A stretch of DNA of 64,000 nt. Origin: Octopus sinensis. Taxonomy: Eukaryota. Location: contig NC_043002.1 of assembly GCF_006345805.1 (NCBI RefSeq), positions 107,942,001 through 108,006,000 of the forward strand, read 5' to 3'. Below, in pieces: positions 36,922 to 50,728 of the stretch. How positions within the stretch are numbered: the stretch's first letter is position 1; each line of letters starts with the position of its first letter. The position numbers were made by a program, and so were the translations under genes. The notes under the pieces are model-generated. The model worked only from the letters and a program-made list of their open reading frames with translations, ran no database searches and was not told where the DNA came from.

Positions 36922-37236
36922 CTGCAAAGAGTGAATCACATAACCAAGTAAATGAGAGAACCAATCAAGTACTGCATTTCATAACAATGTGGTCCCAAAT
37001 TGAAATGGACCCCTAGTATTTACAGGGTCATGCTGGCATTGTTGCTTAGCCTCTGATCAGCTCCGATTCAGCAGACACCCCAGCCAATCATGGATTAACC
37101 TACTTTTACAGCAACAACTACATCATTATTTTCATCAAGTGATATAATTAAAAGGAGGATATTAGATATTGTAATGCTAATTATAATAATTCTTCAATAA
37201 ATAAAGAACAACAGCGAAAGAAAATAGTTTTCTTAC

Positions 37237-37274
37237 TTGACTCGTATAAATGCAGCAATCCATGAACAAAATCC
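37237..37274 (-). CDS. TMEM63: TMEM63 exon (GFCSWIAAFIRVK)
   Basis: ttttag acceptor and GTAAGA donor; 38 nt; resembles human TMEM63B GFCSWLTAIFRIK. Confidence 0.92.
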
Positions 37275-40200
37275 CTAAAAATACAAGAAAATTATATATT
37301 AGCTATATATTAATTATATATATATATACATATATATGGTGCCACATAAAAAGGGTCCAGTCCACACTGTAGAGTGGTAGGCATTTGGAAGGATATCCAG
37401 CTGTAAAAACCATGTCAAAATCTGACCTCACTTCTGAAGGATAGTTGGGGTTAGGAAGGGCATCCAGCAGTAAAAAATCATGCCAAAACAGACACTGAAG
37501 CCTTGTACAGTCTTCTGCCTAGCCAGCTCCGGTCAAACCGTCTAACCCATGCTGCCATGTGTACGACAGTTTGATAGGGAACCATCAAGTGTAGGGCTGC
37601 ATCGAGTTTCAATGTCATCTATAGCATGGTTTCTACACCTGGACATCCTTCCTAATGCCAACCGCTTTACAGAGTATACTGGGTGTTTGTTTTCATGCTA
37701 CTGGCACTAGTGAGATTGCCATGTAAACTTGCAAGACAGGAAAAAACAGAGACAGAAGAGAAGAAAATGGAGGAAAAAGTCACCACTACTGAGAAGTATT
37801 TAGGAAGGGAAGGTGGAAATGAGTGGCTGTGTGTCAGGTATTGAAAAGCTAGTCTGTCTCTTTTATTTATTTCTCATACATACATTCCTCAGTTTATGGT
37901 CTGTTTTCATGCTAGCAAGGGTTGTCATGTTCACATACCAGTATAAAATAACTAAAGTTGTTTCTTATTTGGAGTCACTCCTCCACTAGATGAGTTGGGG
38001 TCTGAGTCTATTTGTACAATCCATTTTTAGCATGGCTTCCATTGCTGGATGCCAGCCACTTTACAGAACGTATTGGATGAATTTTAGATTGGCACCAAAA
38101 CAAGCATTTGCCTTGCTCTTACTAAAACTAATTACATCATTTCATTCAATGCAATGTGAGAGAGAAGGTGAAAAGAAGAGAGTGGAATGGAGGAGAGAGA
38201 ACAGGGATGAGAGAGTGATAGACAAAGTAGTAGTGGAGAGATTGTGATAGGTAGCTACATGATGGTTGTTGGTAAGGACATTGATTAGAAAGCAGTGTGA
38301 TGAGAGAGAGGGATGAGAGCACAGTATATGTCAATAATGAATTATAGGAGGAAGACAGAGTGATGTTAAAACCAAGTGATGAAGGAGGGAGTGTTGAGAG
38401 AAAGATGTAAAAGAAAGATAGTAAAGAAAAGTAATGGGGTCAGGAGTTGAATGCAGACAGATTCAATACCATCTTTTGTTACAAGATGGGGGGGGAGTGC
38501 AGTAAACAATACAGTGTGTTTGATAGATGAGAGGGTAATGAAGAGACAAGAAGGGTAATTAACAGAAAGATCATACACAAGATACCCAAATGTAGACAAC
38601 ATGCAACACAACCATGACCACCACCACCACCATCATTTTAATTTTCAATTGTTTGTGTCTGCATGAATAGGTAGGTCCTCTCCAACACTGTGTGTTGCCA
38701 TTCCTCATGGCCTGTAGTTGTCTCTTTCAGGAGGTTGAGCTTCTTCGGTCTTCATCATTTCTGAGATTTCCCTCTTCTACAGATTCTTAATACAACTGAC
38801 AACCTCTATACACATACCCATACCATCACAATCTTACAAACACTTGCACATCTAATCCCATTCCTCTTATACCCAACTTCTCTGTTTACTTGTGCTCTGC
38901 TGTTCTTAAACATTAATGTTACACATCCAGTGGAGCATATTCATCCCATTTCTTTCCCCCCACCTTTTTTTTTTTGCAAGTCCTCAGAATTTAAGGCCCA
39001 CATCTTGCTCCCATACTTTGAACACAAGCATAACCATCTGCCCTTCAATCTGTGATAGATCCCTTTGTTACGGTCCTTGACTTTTCCCACCTTGTTCTTG
39101 CTATGGTTACTACACATTCACGGTGCCCACCTACACTGCTATTTAGGTCACCTTGGCAACAAAACTATCAGTTACTTTTGTCAAGTCTCAAAGGCATTCT
39201 TTGCGTACATTTACTGCTGACTACTTTTGTTCAACTGGTACATACAAAGGTGACCTACTCTGTTGGCCTGTCTCTGAATCTATCACATCCATACTTTACA
39301 CTGGGTACACCATATGGAAGTTGTACCTTTTCAGAATACTGAGCAAGGCAATTTTTCTGAGAAGGTGGCGAGCTGGCAAAAACGTTTAGTACACCGGGTG
39401 AAATGCTTAGCAATATTTTGTCTACCGTTACATTCTGAGTTCAAATTCCACTGAGGTCGACTTTGCCTTTCATCCTTTTGGGATGTATTAAACATGGTTC
39501 TGGGTTCAGACCCACTGTCCGGTAACTTAGTTAGGTGTCTTCTACTGTAACCTCAAGCTGATCAGAGCCTTGTGAGTAAATTTGGTAGATAGAAACAAAG
39601 AAACTGGAATGTATACTTTTATATACATACAAATCAGAATCGAAATCGATCAATGGAAATTGCAGCTGAGTTACCAGTGCCGGTGGCACGTAAGAGAACC
39701 ATCCGAACGTGGCTGTTGCCAGCGCCACCCTGACTGGCCTCGTGCCAGTGGCACATAAAAAGCACCATCCGTTCGTGGCCGTTGCCAGCCTCGCCTGGCC
39801 CCCATGCCAGTGGCACATAAAAAGCACCATCCGATCGTGGCCGTTTGCCAGACTCGTCTGGTACCTGTGCCGGTGGCACGTAAAAAGCACCCACTACACT
39901 CATGGAGTGGTTGGCATTAGGAAGGGCATCCAGCCGTAGAAACATTGCCAGATCAAACTGGGCCTAGTGCAGCCTTCTGGCTTCCCAGACCCCAGTTGAA
40001 CCATCCAACCCATGCTAGCATGGAAAGCGGACGCTAAACGATGATGATGATGATGATGATATATATATATGCCAAATCAGACTGGAGACTGGTGCAGACC
40101 CTCAGCTTACTAGCCCTGGCCAAACCACCCAACCCATGTCAGCATGGACAACAGATGCTAAACAATGATAATGATATATATAAAACAAAGTTATTTTATT

Positions 40201-40884
40201 CTACATGGGTAGAAATATAGAAAAAACAAGATGATAATACAGTGGAATTTATTTAGATTTTGTATTTAAAATTTTTTAACCAGATTCACAGATGTCTCTG
40301 ATTCTCAAAAGTCGAAACAGAAAGACACAGAGCTATGCAGCAACTGTCTTGCTTCTGATTGGAGTTCAAGAATTCTCTTGTTTTTATAGAGAGAACATAG
40401 CTCACATTAGTATCTGTTTTGGTTGAGAATTATCACATGATTAGGCTTAGAAATTTTTTTTAAGTTTCCATCCCCACTTTGTTAAAGTTTATTCAGTTTT
40501 ATTTTCTTTTATTTTTGTATGAATATATTTTCTTTCTTCATTCATGCTTGGTCTATGATATTGCCTGAACAAACAAAGTGGAAAGACTTGGAATTTAGGA
40601 GATTTGTTTTTTGCACATATGTCTATGTGTCCACTCAGTGGGATTTGTCTAGTACAGGGGTTTCGCATTTGCTGTCTGTGAATAGTTAGTCTATTTCTAA
40701 GAGTGAGTTTTGTTGAAGATATGTAATCTTCATTACATCCTTAACATTTAATAGCATATGTATAATTTTTTGATGAACTGGTAAAAGATCCTCTATGGTA
40801 AAAATCTGTCCTGATTTAAATATACATTTTTTTGAAGACAAAATACGTGTCTGTGTGTGTGTGCATGCATGCGCATGTACACAT

Positions 40885-43800
40885 GTGTCTCCCACCATTT
40901 ATTTCTTTATTACCCACAGGGGGCTAAACATAGAGGGGACAAACAAAGATAACGTGTCTCCCACCATTTATTTCTTTATTACCCACAGGGGGCTAAACAT
41001 AGAGGGGACAAACAAAGATAACGTGTCTCCCACCATTTATTTCTTTATTACCCACAGGGGGCTAAACATACAGGGGACAAACAAAGATAACGTGTCTCCC
41101 ACCATTTATTTCTTTATTACCCACAGGGGGCTAAACATAGAGGGGACAAACAAAGATAACGTGTTTCCCACCATTTATTTCTTTATTACCCACAGGGGGC
41201 TAAACATAGAGGGGACAAACAAAGATAACGTGTTTCCCACCATTTATTTCTTTATTACCCACAGAGGGCTAAACATAGAGGGGACAAACAAAGATAACGT
41301 GTTCCCACCATTTATTTTTCTTATTACCCACAGGGGGCTAAACATAGAGGGGACAAACAAAGATAACGTGTTTCCCACCATTTATTTCTTTATTACCCAC
41401 AGGGGCTAAACATAGAGGGGACAAACAAAGATAACGTGTCTCCCACCATTTATTTCTTTATTACCCACAGGGGCTAAACATAGAGGGGACAAACAAAGAT
41501 AACGTGTTTCCCACCATTTCTTTATTACCCACAGGGGGCTAAACATAGAGGGACAAACAAAGATAACGTGTTTCCCCCACCTTTATTTCTTTATACCCAC
41601 AGGGGGCTAAACATAGAGGGGACAAACACAGATAACGTGTTTCCCACCATTTATTTCTTTATTACCCACAGGGGGCTAAACATAGAGGGACAAACAAAGA
41701 TAACGTGTCTCCCACCATTTATTTCTTTATTACCCACAGGGGGCTAAACATAGAGGGGACAAGGAAAGATAACGTGTTTCCCACCATTTATTTCTTTATT
41801 ACCCACAGGGGGCTAAACATAGAGGGGACAACAAAGATACGTGTTTCCCACCATTTATTTCTTTATTACCCACAGGGGGCTAAACATAGAGGGGACAAAC
41901 AAAGATAACGTGTCTCCCACCATTTATTTCTTTATTACCCACAGGGGGCTAAACATAGAGGGGACAAACAAAGATAACGTGTTTCCCACCATTTATTTCT
42001 TTATTACCCACAGGGGGCTAAACATACAGGGGACAAACAAAGATAACGTGTTTCCCACCATTTATTTCTTTATTACCCACAGGGGGCTAAACATAGAGGG
42101 GACAAACAAAGATAACGTGTTTCCCACCATTTCTTTCTTTATTACCCACAGGGGGCTAAACATAGAGGGACAAACAAAGATAACGTGTCTCCCACCATTT
42201 ATTTCTTATTACCCACAGGGGGCTAAACATAGAGGGACAAACAAAGATAACGTGTTTCCCACCATTTATTTCTTTATTACCCACAGGGGCTAAACATAGA
42301 GGGGACAACAAAGATAACGTGTCTCCCACCATTTATTTCTTTATTACCCACAGGGGGCTAAACATAGAGGGGACAAACAAAGATACGTGTTTCCCACCAT
42401 TTATTTCTTTATTACCCACGGGGGCTAAACATAGAGGGGACAAACAAAGATAACGTGTTTCCCACCATTTATTTCTTTATTACCCACAAGGGGCTAAACA
42501 TAGAGGGGACAAACAAAGATAACGTGTCTCCCACCATTTATTTCTTTATTACCCACAGGGGGCTAAACATAGAGGGGACAAACAAAGATAACGTGTTTCC
42601 CACCATTTATTTCTTTATTACCCACAGGGGGCTAAACATAGAGGGGACAAACAAAGATAACGTGTTTCCCACCATTTATTTGTTTATTACCCACAGGGGG
42701 CTAAACATAGAGGGGACAAACAAAGATAACGTGTTTCCCACCATTTATTTCTTTATTACCCACAGGGGGCTAAACATAGAGGGGACAAACAAAGATAACG
42801 TGTTTCCCACCATTTATTTCTTTATTACCCACAGCGGGCTAAACATAGAGGGGACAAAGAAAGATAACGTGTTTCCCACCATTTATTTCTTTATTACCCA
42901 CAGGGGGCTAAACATGGAGGGGACAAACAAAGATAACGTGTCTCCCACCATTTATTTCTTTATTGCCCACAGGGGGCTACACATAGAGGGGACAAAGAAA
43001 GATAACGTGTTTCCCACCATTTATTTCTTTATTACCCACAGGGGGCTAAACATGGAGGGGACAAACAAAGATAACGTGTCTCCCACCATTTATTTCTTTA
43101 TTACCCACAGGGGGCTAAACATAGAGGGGACAAACAAAGATAACGTGTCTCCCACCATTTATTTCTTTATTACCCACAGGGGCCTAAACATAAAGGGGAC
43201 AAACAAAGATAACGTGTCTCCCACCATTTATTTCTTTATTACCCACAGGGGGCTAAACATAGAGGGGACAAACAAAGATAACGTGTCTCCCACCATTTAT
43301 TTCTTTATTGACCACAGGGGGATAAACATAGAGGGGACAAACAAAGATAACGTGTCTCCCACCATTTATTTCTTTATTACCCACAGGGGGCTAAACATAG
43401 AGGGGACAAACAAAGGTAACGTGTCTCCCACCATTTATTTCTTTATTGCCCACGGGGGATAACATAGAGGGGACAAACAAAGATAACGTGTCTCCCACCA
43501 TTTATTTCTTTATTACCTACCCACAGGGGCTAAACATAGAGGGGACAAACAAAGATAACGTGTCTCCCACCATTTATTTCTTTATTACCCACAGGGGGCT
43601 AAACATAGAGGGGACAAACAAAGATAACGTGTCTCCCACCATTTATTTCTTTATTGCCCACAGGGGGCTAAATATAGAGGGGACAAACAAGATAACGTGT
43701 CTCCCACCATTTATTTCTTTATTACCCACAGGGGGCTAAACATAGAGGGGACAAACAGATAAAACGTGTCTCCCACCATTTATTTCTTTATTACCCACAG

Positions 43801-46227
43801 GGGGCTAAACATAGAGGGGACAAACAAGATAACGTGTCTCCCACCATTTATTTCTTTATTACCCACAGAGGCTAAACATAGAGGGGACAAACAAAGATAA
43901 CGTGTCTCCCACCATTTATTTCTTTATTGCCCACAGGGGGCTAAACATAGAGGGGACAAACAAAGATAACGTGTCTCCCACCATTTATTTCTTTATTACC
44001 CACAGGAGGCTAAACATAGAGGGGACAAACAAAGATAACGTGTCTCCCACCATTTATTTCTTTATTGCCCACAGGGGGCTAAACATAGAGGGGACAAAGA
44101 AAGATAACGTGTCTCCCACCATTTATTTCTTTATTACCCACAGGGGGCTAAACATAGAGGGGACAAACAAAGATAACGTGTCTCCCACCATTTATTTCTT
44201 TATTGCCCACAGGGGCTAAACATAGAGGGGACAAACAAAGATAACGTGTCTCCCACCATTTATTCTTTATTACCCACAGGGGGCTAAACATAGAGGGGAC
44301 AAACAAAGATAACGTGTCTCCCACCATTTATTTCTTTATTGCCCACCCACAGGGGGCTAAACATAGAGGGCACAAACAAAGATAACGTGTCTCCCACCAT
44401 TTATTTCTTTATTACCCACAGGGGCTAAACATAGAGGGGACAAACAAAGATAACGTGTCTCCCCCATTTATTTCTTTATTGCCCACAGGGGCTAAACATA
44501 GAGGGGACAAACAAAGATAACGTGTCCCCCACTTATTTCTTTATTACCCACAGGGGCTAAACATAGAGGGGACAAACAAAGATAACGTGTCTCACCATTT
44601 ATTTCTTTATTACCCACAGGGGGCTAAACATAAGGGGACAAACAAGATAACGTGTCTCCCACCATTTATTTCTTTATTACCCACAGGGGGCTAAACATAG
44701 AGGGGGACAAACAAAGATAACGTGTCTCCCACCATTTATTTCTTTATTGACCACAGGGGGATAAACATAGAGGGACACAAACAAAGATAACGTGTCTCCC
44801 ACCATTTATTTCTTTATTACCCACAGGGGGCTAAACATAGAGGGGACAAACAAAGTAACGTGTCTCCCACCATTTATTTCTTATTGCCCACAGGGGGATA
44901 AACATAGAGGGGACAAACAAAGATAACGTGTCTCCCACCATTTATTTCTTTATTGCCCACAGGGGGATAAACATAGAGGGGACAAACAAAGATAACGTGT
45001 CTCCCACCATTTATTTCTTTATTGCCCACAGGGGGATAAACATAGAGGGGACAAACAAAGATAACGTGTCTCCCACCATTTATTTCTTTATTACCCACAG
45101 GGGGCTAAACATAGGGGACAAACAAAGATAACGTGTCTCCCACCATTTATTTCTTTATTACCCACAGGGGGCTAAACATAGAGGGGACAAACAAAGATAA
45201 CGTGTCTCCCACCATTTATTTCTTTATTGCCCACAGGGGGCTAAATAGAGGGGACAAACAAAGATAACGTGTCTCCCACCACCATTTATTTCTTTATTAC
45301 CCACAGGGGGCTAAACATAGAGGGGACAAACAAAGATAACGTGTCTCCCACCATTTATTTCTTTATTACCCACGGGGGCTAAACATAGAGGGGACAACAA
45401 AGATAACGTGTCTCCCACCATTTATTTCTTTATTACCCACAGGGGGCTAAACATAGAGGGGACAAACAAAGATAACGTGTCTCCCACCATTTATTTCTTT
45501 ATTGCCCACAGGGGGCTAAACATAGAGGGGACAAACAAAGATAACGTGTCTCCCACCATTTATTTCTTTATTACCCACAGGGGGCTAAACATAGAGGGGA
45601 CAAACAAAGATAACGTGTCTCCCACCATTTATTTCTTTATTGCCCAAGGGGGCTAAACATAGAGGGGACAAAGAAAGATAACGTGTCTCCCACTATTTAT
45701 TTCTTTATTACCCACAGGGGGCTAAACATAGAGGGGACAAACAAAGATAACGTGTCTCCCACCATTTATTTCTTTATTGCCCACAGGGGGCTAAACATAG
45801 AGGGGACAAACAAAGATAACGTGTCTCCCACCATTTATTTCTTTATTACCCACAGGGGGCTAAACATAGAGGGGACAAACAAAGATAACGTGTCTCCCAC
45901 CATTTATTTCTTTATTGCCCACAGGGGGCTAAACATAGAGGGGACAAACAAAGATAACGTGTCTCCCACCATTTATTTCTTTATTACCCACAGGGGGCTA
46001 AACATAGAGGGGACAAACAAAGATAACGTGTCTCCCACCATTTATTTCTTTATTGCCCACAGGGGGCTAAACATAGAGGGGACAAACAAAGATAACGTGT
46101 CTCCCCCCATTTATTTCTTTATTGCCCACAGGGGGCTAAACATAGAGGGGACAAACAAAGATAACGTGTCTCCCACCATTTATTTCTTTATTGCCCACAG
46201 GGGGCTAAACATAGAGGGGACAAACAA
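40885..46227. repeat. Tandem array of a 69-bp unit (about 77 copies) derived from a SINE 3' end plus flank
   Basis: Unit gtgtctcccaccatttatttctttattacccacagggggctaaacatagaggggacaaacaaagataac; 23-aa periodicity in the ORF track; 5343/69 is about 77; runs directly into a SINE body at 46228. Confidence 0.97.
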
Positions 46228-46408
46228 GGACAAAGGGATTAAGTCGATTAAATCAGCCCCAGTGCATAACTGGTACTTATTTAAATGACCCCGAAAGGAT
46301 GAAAGGCTAAGTCGACCTTGGCAGAAATTGAACTCAGAACGTAATGGCAGATGAAATACCGCTAAACATATCGCCCGGCGTGCTAACGTTTCTGCCAGCT
46401 TGCCACTT
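46228..46408 (-). mobile_element. tRNA-derived SINE (family A) whose 3' end seeds the 69-bp array
   Basis: Body and head match family A copies at 12819, 15478, 46804 and 63715 (gctggcagaaacgttagc head, gagttcaaattcc B-box-like motif). Confidence 0.85.
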
Positions 46409-46803
46409 TATATATCTTCCACCATTGCTTCACAACTGGTGTTGGTGTGTTTATGTGTCCATAACTTAGCAGTTTGGCAAAAGAGATTGATTGAATAAGT
46501 ACCAGGCTTAAAACAAAAAAGTACTGAGTCAATTCATTTGACTAAAATGTGCTCCAGCATGGTCATAGTCAAATGAGTGAAACAAGATAAAAGACAAAAG
46601 AAAAGGTAAGATTCAATTGCCATAGATGTACAATATCACTAATAAACACACTAACGTATTTTTTGCATGGTAAGTAGCTAGCTCTGGGTTCAGTCCCACT
46701 GCGTGGTACCTTGGGCAAGTGTCTTCTAGTATAGCCTGAGGCCATCCAAAGCCTTGTGAGTGGATTTGGTAGACAGAAACTGGAAGAAGCCTGTCATATA
46801 TGT

Positions 46804-47032
46804 ATTTCTTTACTACCCACAAGGGGCTAAACACAGAGGGGACAAACAAGGACAGACAAAGGGATTAAGTCGATTCCATCAACCCCAGTGCATAACTGGT
46901 ACTTAATTTATCGACCCTGAAAGGATGAAAGGCAAAGTCGACCTCGGCGGAATTTGAACTCGGAACGCAACGACAGACGAAATACGGCTACGAATTTCGC
47001 CCGGCGTGCTAACGTTTCTACCAGCTCGCCGC
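46804..47032 (-). mobile_element. Family A SINE, full monomer
   Basis: Reverse complement of the family A consensus. Confidence 0.85.
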
Positions 47033-47884
47033 TGGTATATGTGTGTGTGTGTGTGTATATGTTTGTGTGTGTGTTTGTCCCCCAAAACATCGTTTGACAA
47101 CCAATGCTGGTGTGTTTACATCCCCGTAACTTAGCAGTTCAGAAAAAGAGGCCAACAGAATAAGTACTAGGCTTACAAAGAATAAGCTCTGGGTTGAATT
47201 TGCTCGACTAAAGGCGGTGCTCCAGCATGGCCACAGTCAAATGGCTGAAACGAATAAAAGAGTAATATACAAGAGTTCATTAGTGGTTAGCCACATAAAG
47301 AGATCTCTAAATTATTTCAACAAACAAATGAAAAAGGCCCTCACTCAACATTTTTATTAAATCATCAAAGAGTTAATGTTTCCTACATTAAATATCTTAA
47401 GAATAACTTAACTAAAACTAATACAGAGTTTGGTGTTTGCTTTCTTTTTTTGTTTAGTTTTTCTTGTCTTGGTGGTGGGTGTTCAAAGCTAATGAAAAAA
47501 CATTCCAGAAATATACACAATAAATGTACTGTTTACTGTAATGATCTTTGCCCATCCCCAACCACAGACACCTCTTAACAACTCCTGGAGCTGGGCCATT
47601 GTGCCTTGGTGAGGAGAATGCAGTCAAAAACAAGATGTTAGTGAAGCATAAGAAGGTTTAACCAAGAGAACATTTAAAATAGAGCTTTTCATTAAAGAAT
47701 GATTTTAATTTTATACAAACACCTGTGATATTGTATGAATGAATGAAGCTCTTAAAATATTATGCAGTCAAGCAGAAAGTGACAGTGTGACTTTGTCTTT
47801 TGTCTTTTTGGCATAGTTTACCCTAGTTGGCAAATAGCTATCTCCCACATTGAAGATCATACCCAAGTGGTTACTGCTAAAATT

Positions 47885-47978
47885 ATATATGTACACATAC
47901 ATATATATATATATAGATATATATATACACACACACCCATACATATATATATATATATATATACACACACACCCATAC

Positions 47979-48012
<34 letters not shown>

Positions 48013-48385
48013 CCATACATATATATATATATATATTATACACACACAACCCATACATATATATATATATACACACACACCCATACATATATATATATAA
48101 TATATATATATATACACACACACACACACCCATACATATATATATATATATAATATATACACACACACACCCATAATATATATATATATATATATATATA
48201 CACACCACACCCATACATATATATATATATAATATATACACACACACCCATACATATATAATATATATATATATATATACACACACACCCATACATATAT
48301 ATACACACACACACATACACGCAAATACATACAAACACATACATATATACACACACACATATACAAACACATATACACACACAAA
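47885..48385. repeat. Compound (TA)n/(CA)n microsatellite with repeated cccatac unit
   Basis: Directly visible. Confidence 0.9.
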
Positions 48386-48394
48386 TACATATGT

Positions 48395-48725
48395 TCTTTT
48401 GTTTCAGTCATTTGACTGTGGCCATGCTGGAGCACTGCCTTTAGTCAAGCAAATCGACCCCAGGACTTATTCTTTGTAATCCTAGTACTTATTCTATCGG
48501 TCTCTTTTGCCAAACCGCTACATTACAGGGACGTAAACACACCTGCATCGGTTGACAAGCGATGTTGGGGAAGACAAACACAGACACAGAAACATATACA
48601 CACACACATTATATATATATACACACACACACAACAGGCTTTCAGTTTCCCTCTACCAAACCCACTCAAAAGGCTTTGGTCAGCGTGAGGCTATAGCAGA
48701 AGACACTTGCTCAAGGTGCCATGCA
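48395..48725 (-). mobile_element. Family B SINE (head truncated)
   Basis: Reverse complement of the family B tail and body. Confidence 0.8.
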
Positions 48726-48762
48726 GTATATACACACAGACATGTATATATATATATATATA

Positions 48763-48797
<35 letters not shown>

Positions 48798-49052
48798 TAT
48801 ACTTGAAATTTACAGGAAAACAAAAGATGAAGACAGGTGAAGGAACAACAAGCAGGTGTATTAGTGTAATGTTCGGGAAGAATGGGAAAGACTTTGACAT
48901 TTTGAGCCTATGCTCTTCGACAGAAGGAAATAAGAGGGAAAAAATGTAGAAAAAAACGGAAAAGAAATCGATAGAGAAAAACTGTGTAGAGTTCAGCAGT
49001 CAAACATGGTGAGTTATATATATATATACACACACACGCGTGTGTGTGTGTA

Positions 49053-49105
<53 letters not shown>

Positions 49106-49211
49106 TCATCATCGTTTAACGTCCACTTTCCATGCTAGCATGGGTTGGATGAATAACAGGGCTGGCGAACCAGATGGCTGCACCAGGCTTCAATCTTGAT
49201 CTTGTAGAGTT

Positions 49212-49243
<32 letters not shown>

Positions 49244-49493
49244 TGTATACATACATACGTATATACATATACACACACACACATACATACGCACATATAC
49301 ATATACACTTATACACACATACACATATATACATATCCATACATACATGCATATACCTACATACACACACACGCACACACACATACATACATACAAACAT
49401 ATACACATACGCATACATACATATACACACATATATCACACAGCTTCATCCTCGTTACAGGAGAAAAGTCATTGCCAAGAAAACTCACTGAAA

Positions 49494-49721
49494 TTATTCA
49501 TGATTGTTGCCATGTGATGCCCTTATATGGCTTTTAAGCCCGGCCAAGGTTTCAAACATCTTATTACATACTAGACAACTGTGCTGGCTGGCAGGAGAAA
49601 CAGGTGCCACCGTATGCACTCACTTAACATGTCTTTTTAGACCGCCAACCGAGAGGCACACCCTTCCACATTCTACACATGTTCCGTTGTCAATTTTAAT
49701 AGCGACATCATTGTTTATCAT
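49494..49721 (-). pseudogene. Double C2H2 zinc-finger relic, probably the C-terminus of an RTE-type LINE ORF
   Basis: CVECGRVCLSVGGLKRHVK*VH and CLVCNKMFETLAGLKSHIRASH in one frame with a single internal TGA. Confidence 0.6.
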
Positions 49722-49906
49722 GGGTCAATTTCTATGAGAATTTTGATGGCTCACCAGGCCTGCATGAATGAAACACCTCCACCCACAAACCACACACATA
49801 CATACACACACACATGTATACACAAAACTTACCCGATCTTGTAAGTGAATTGTATCCAAAGACTCACTTGAGCCTGACATATTTTGATCATGGCTGCAGT
49901 AGAATA

Positions 49907-49947
49907 TACATATATACACACACACATACATATATAGACATACATAT

Positions 49948-49990
<43 letters not shown>

Positions 49991-50465
49991 TATACACACA
50001 CATGTATACACACACATACACACACATATACATGCACAGACACACACATATATACATATACACACACATTTATATACACACATATATACATACATATACA
50101 CACACATTTATATACACACATATATACATACATATACACATACATATATATATATACACACATGCACACATATATACCACATGCATACATACATACTCAC
50201 ACACATACATATATACTCACATGCATACATATATACTCACACACATACATATATACTCACACGCATACATATATACTCACACGCATACATATATACTCAC
50301 ACACATACATACACGCACACATACATATACATACATACACACACGCACACATACATACACACATGCATACATATATATATATACAAACATACATATACAC
50401 ACACATACATACATATGCACACACATACACACACACATACACATACATATACATATACACACGCA
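49907..50465. repeat. Compound (CA)n/(TA)n microsatellite between the exon duplicate and the parent exon
   Basis: Directly visible. Confidence 0.9.
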
Positions 50466-50640
50466 CAGATTCTTGCAAGTGAATTGTCATGCAACAATGT
50501 TTTGCACAATAAGTTTAAGCTGTCACAGTTGAGTGAACGTGTCCAGTGACAATCCCAAACAGTCCTGGTTATCAAATTTAGCATTCTCTTATCCTTTTAC
50601 TTGTTTCAGACTCTTGGCTGCGGCCATGTTGCAAACTTAC

Positions 50641-50728
50641 CCGATCTTGTAAGTGAATTGTTGTATCCAAAGACTCACTTGAGCCTGACATGTTTTGATC
50701 ATGGCTGCAGTAGAATAAAGTCGTCCAC
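50641..50728 (-). CDS. TMEM63: TMEM63/CSC1-like channel, most 5' exon found in window (xWTTLFYCSHDQNMSGSSESLDTTIHLQDR)
   Basis: ttcttcag acceptor and GTAAGT donor; 88 nt, phase 2 to 0; joins in frame to the GFCSW exon as in TMEM63 proteins. Confidence 0.85.

Noticed and set aside
40885-46227. CRISPR-like array
   Set aside because: Units are directly tandem without unique spacers, there are no cas genes, and the context is a eukaryotic intron.
40795-46288. Long ORFs with a 23-aa repeat (up to 335 aa) as a repeat-protein gene
   Set aside because: They are a by-product of a 69-bp non-coding unit, broken by many frameshifts, and mostly start at GTG codons supplied by the repeat itself.
47768-47877. 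Minus-strand frame SNHLGMIFNVGDSYLPTRVNYAKK after a ttttag
   Set aside because: It has no TMEM63 similarity, and the 50641 and 37274 exons already join in frame without it.
50468-50487. Third relic of the duplicated exon (tcttgcaagtgaattgt)
   Set aside because: Only about 17 nt with a mismatch, which is compatible with chance.
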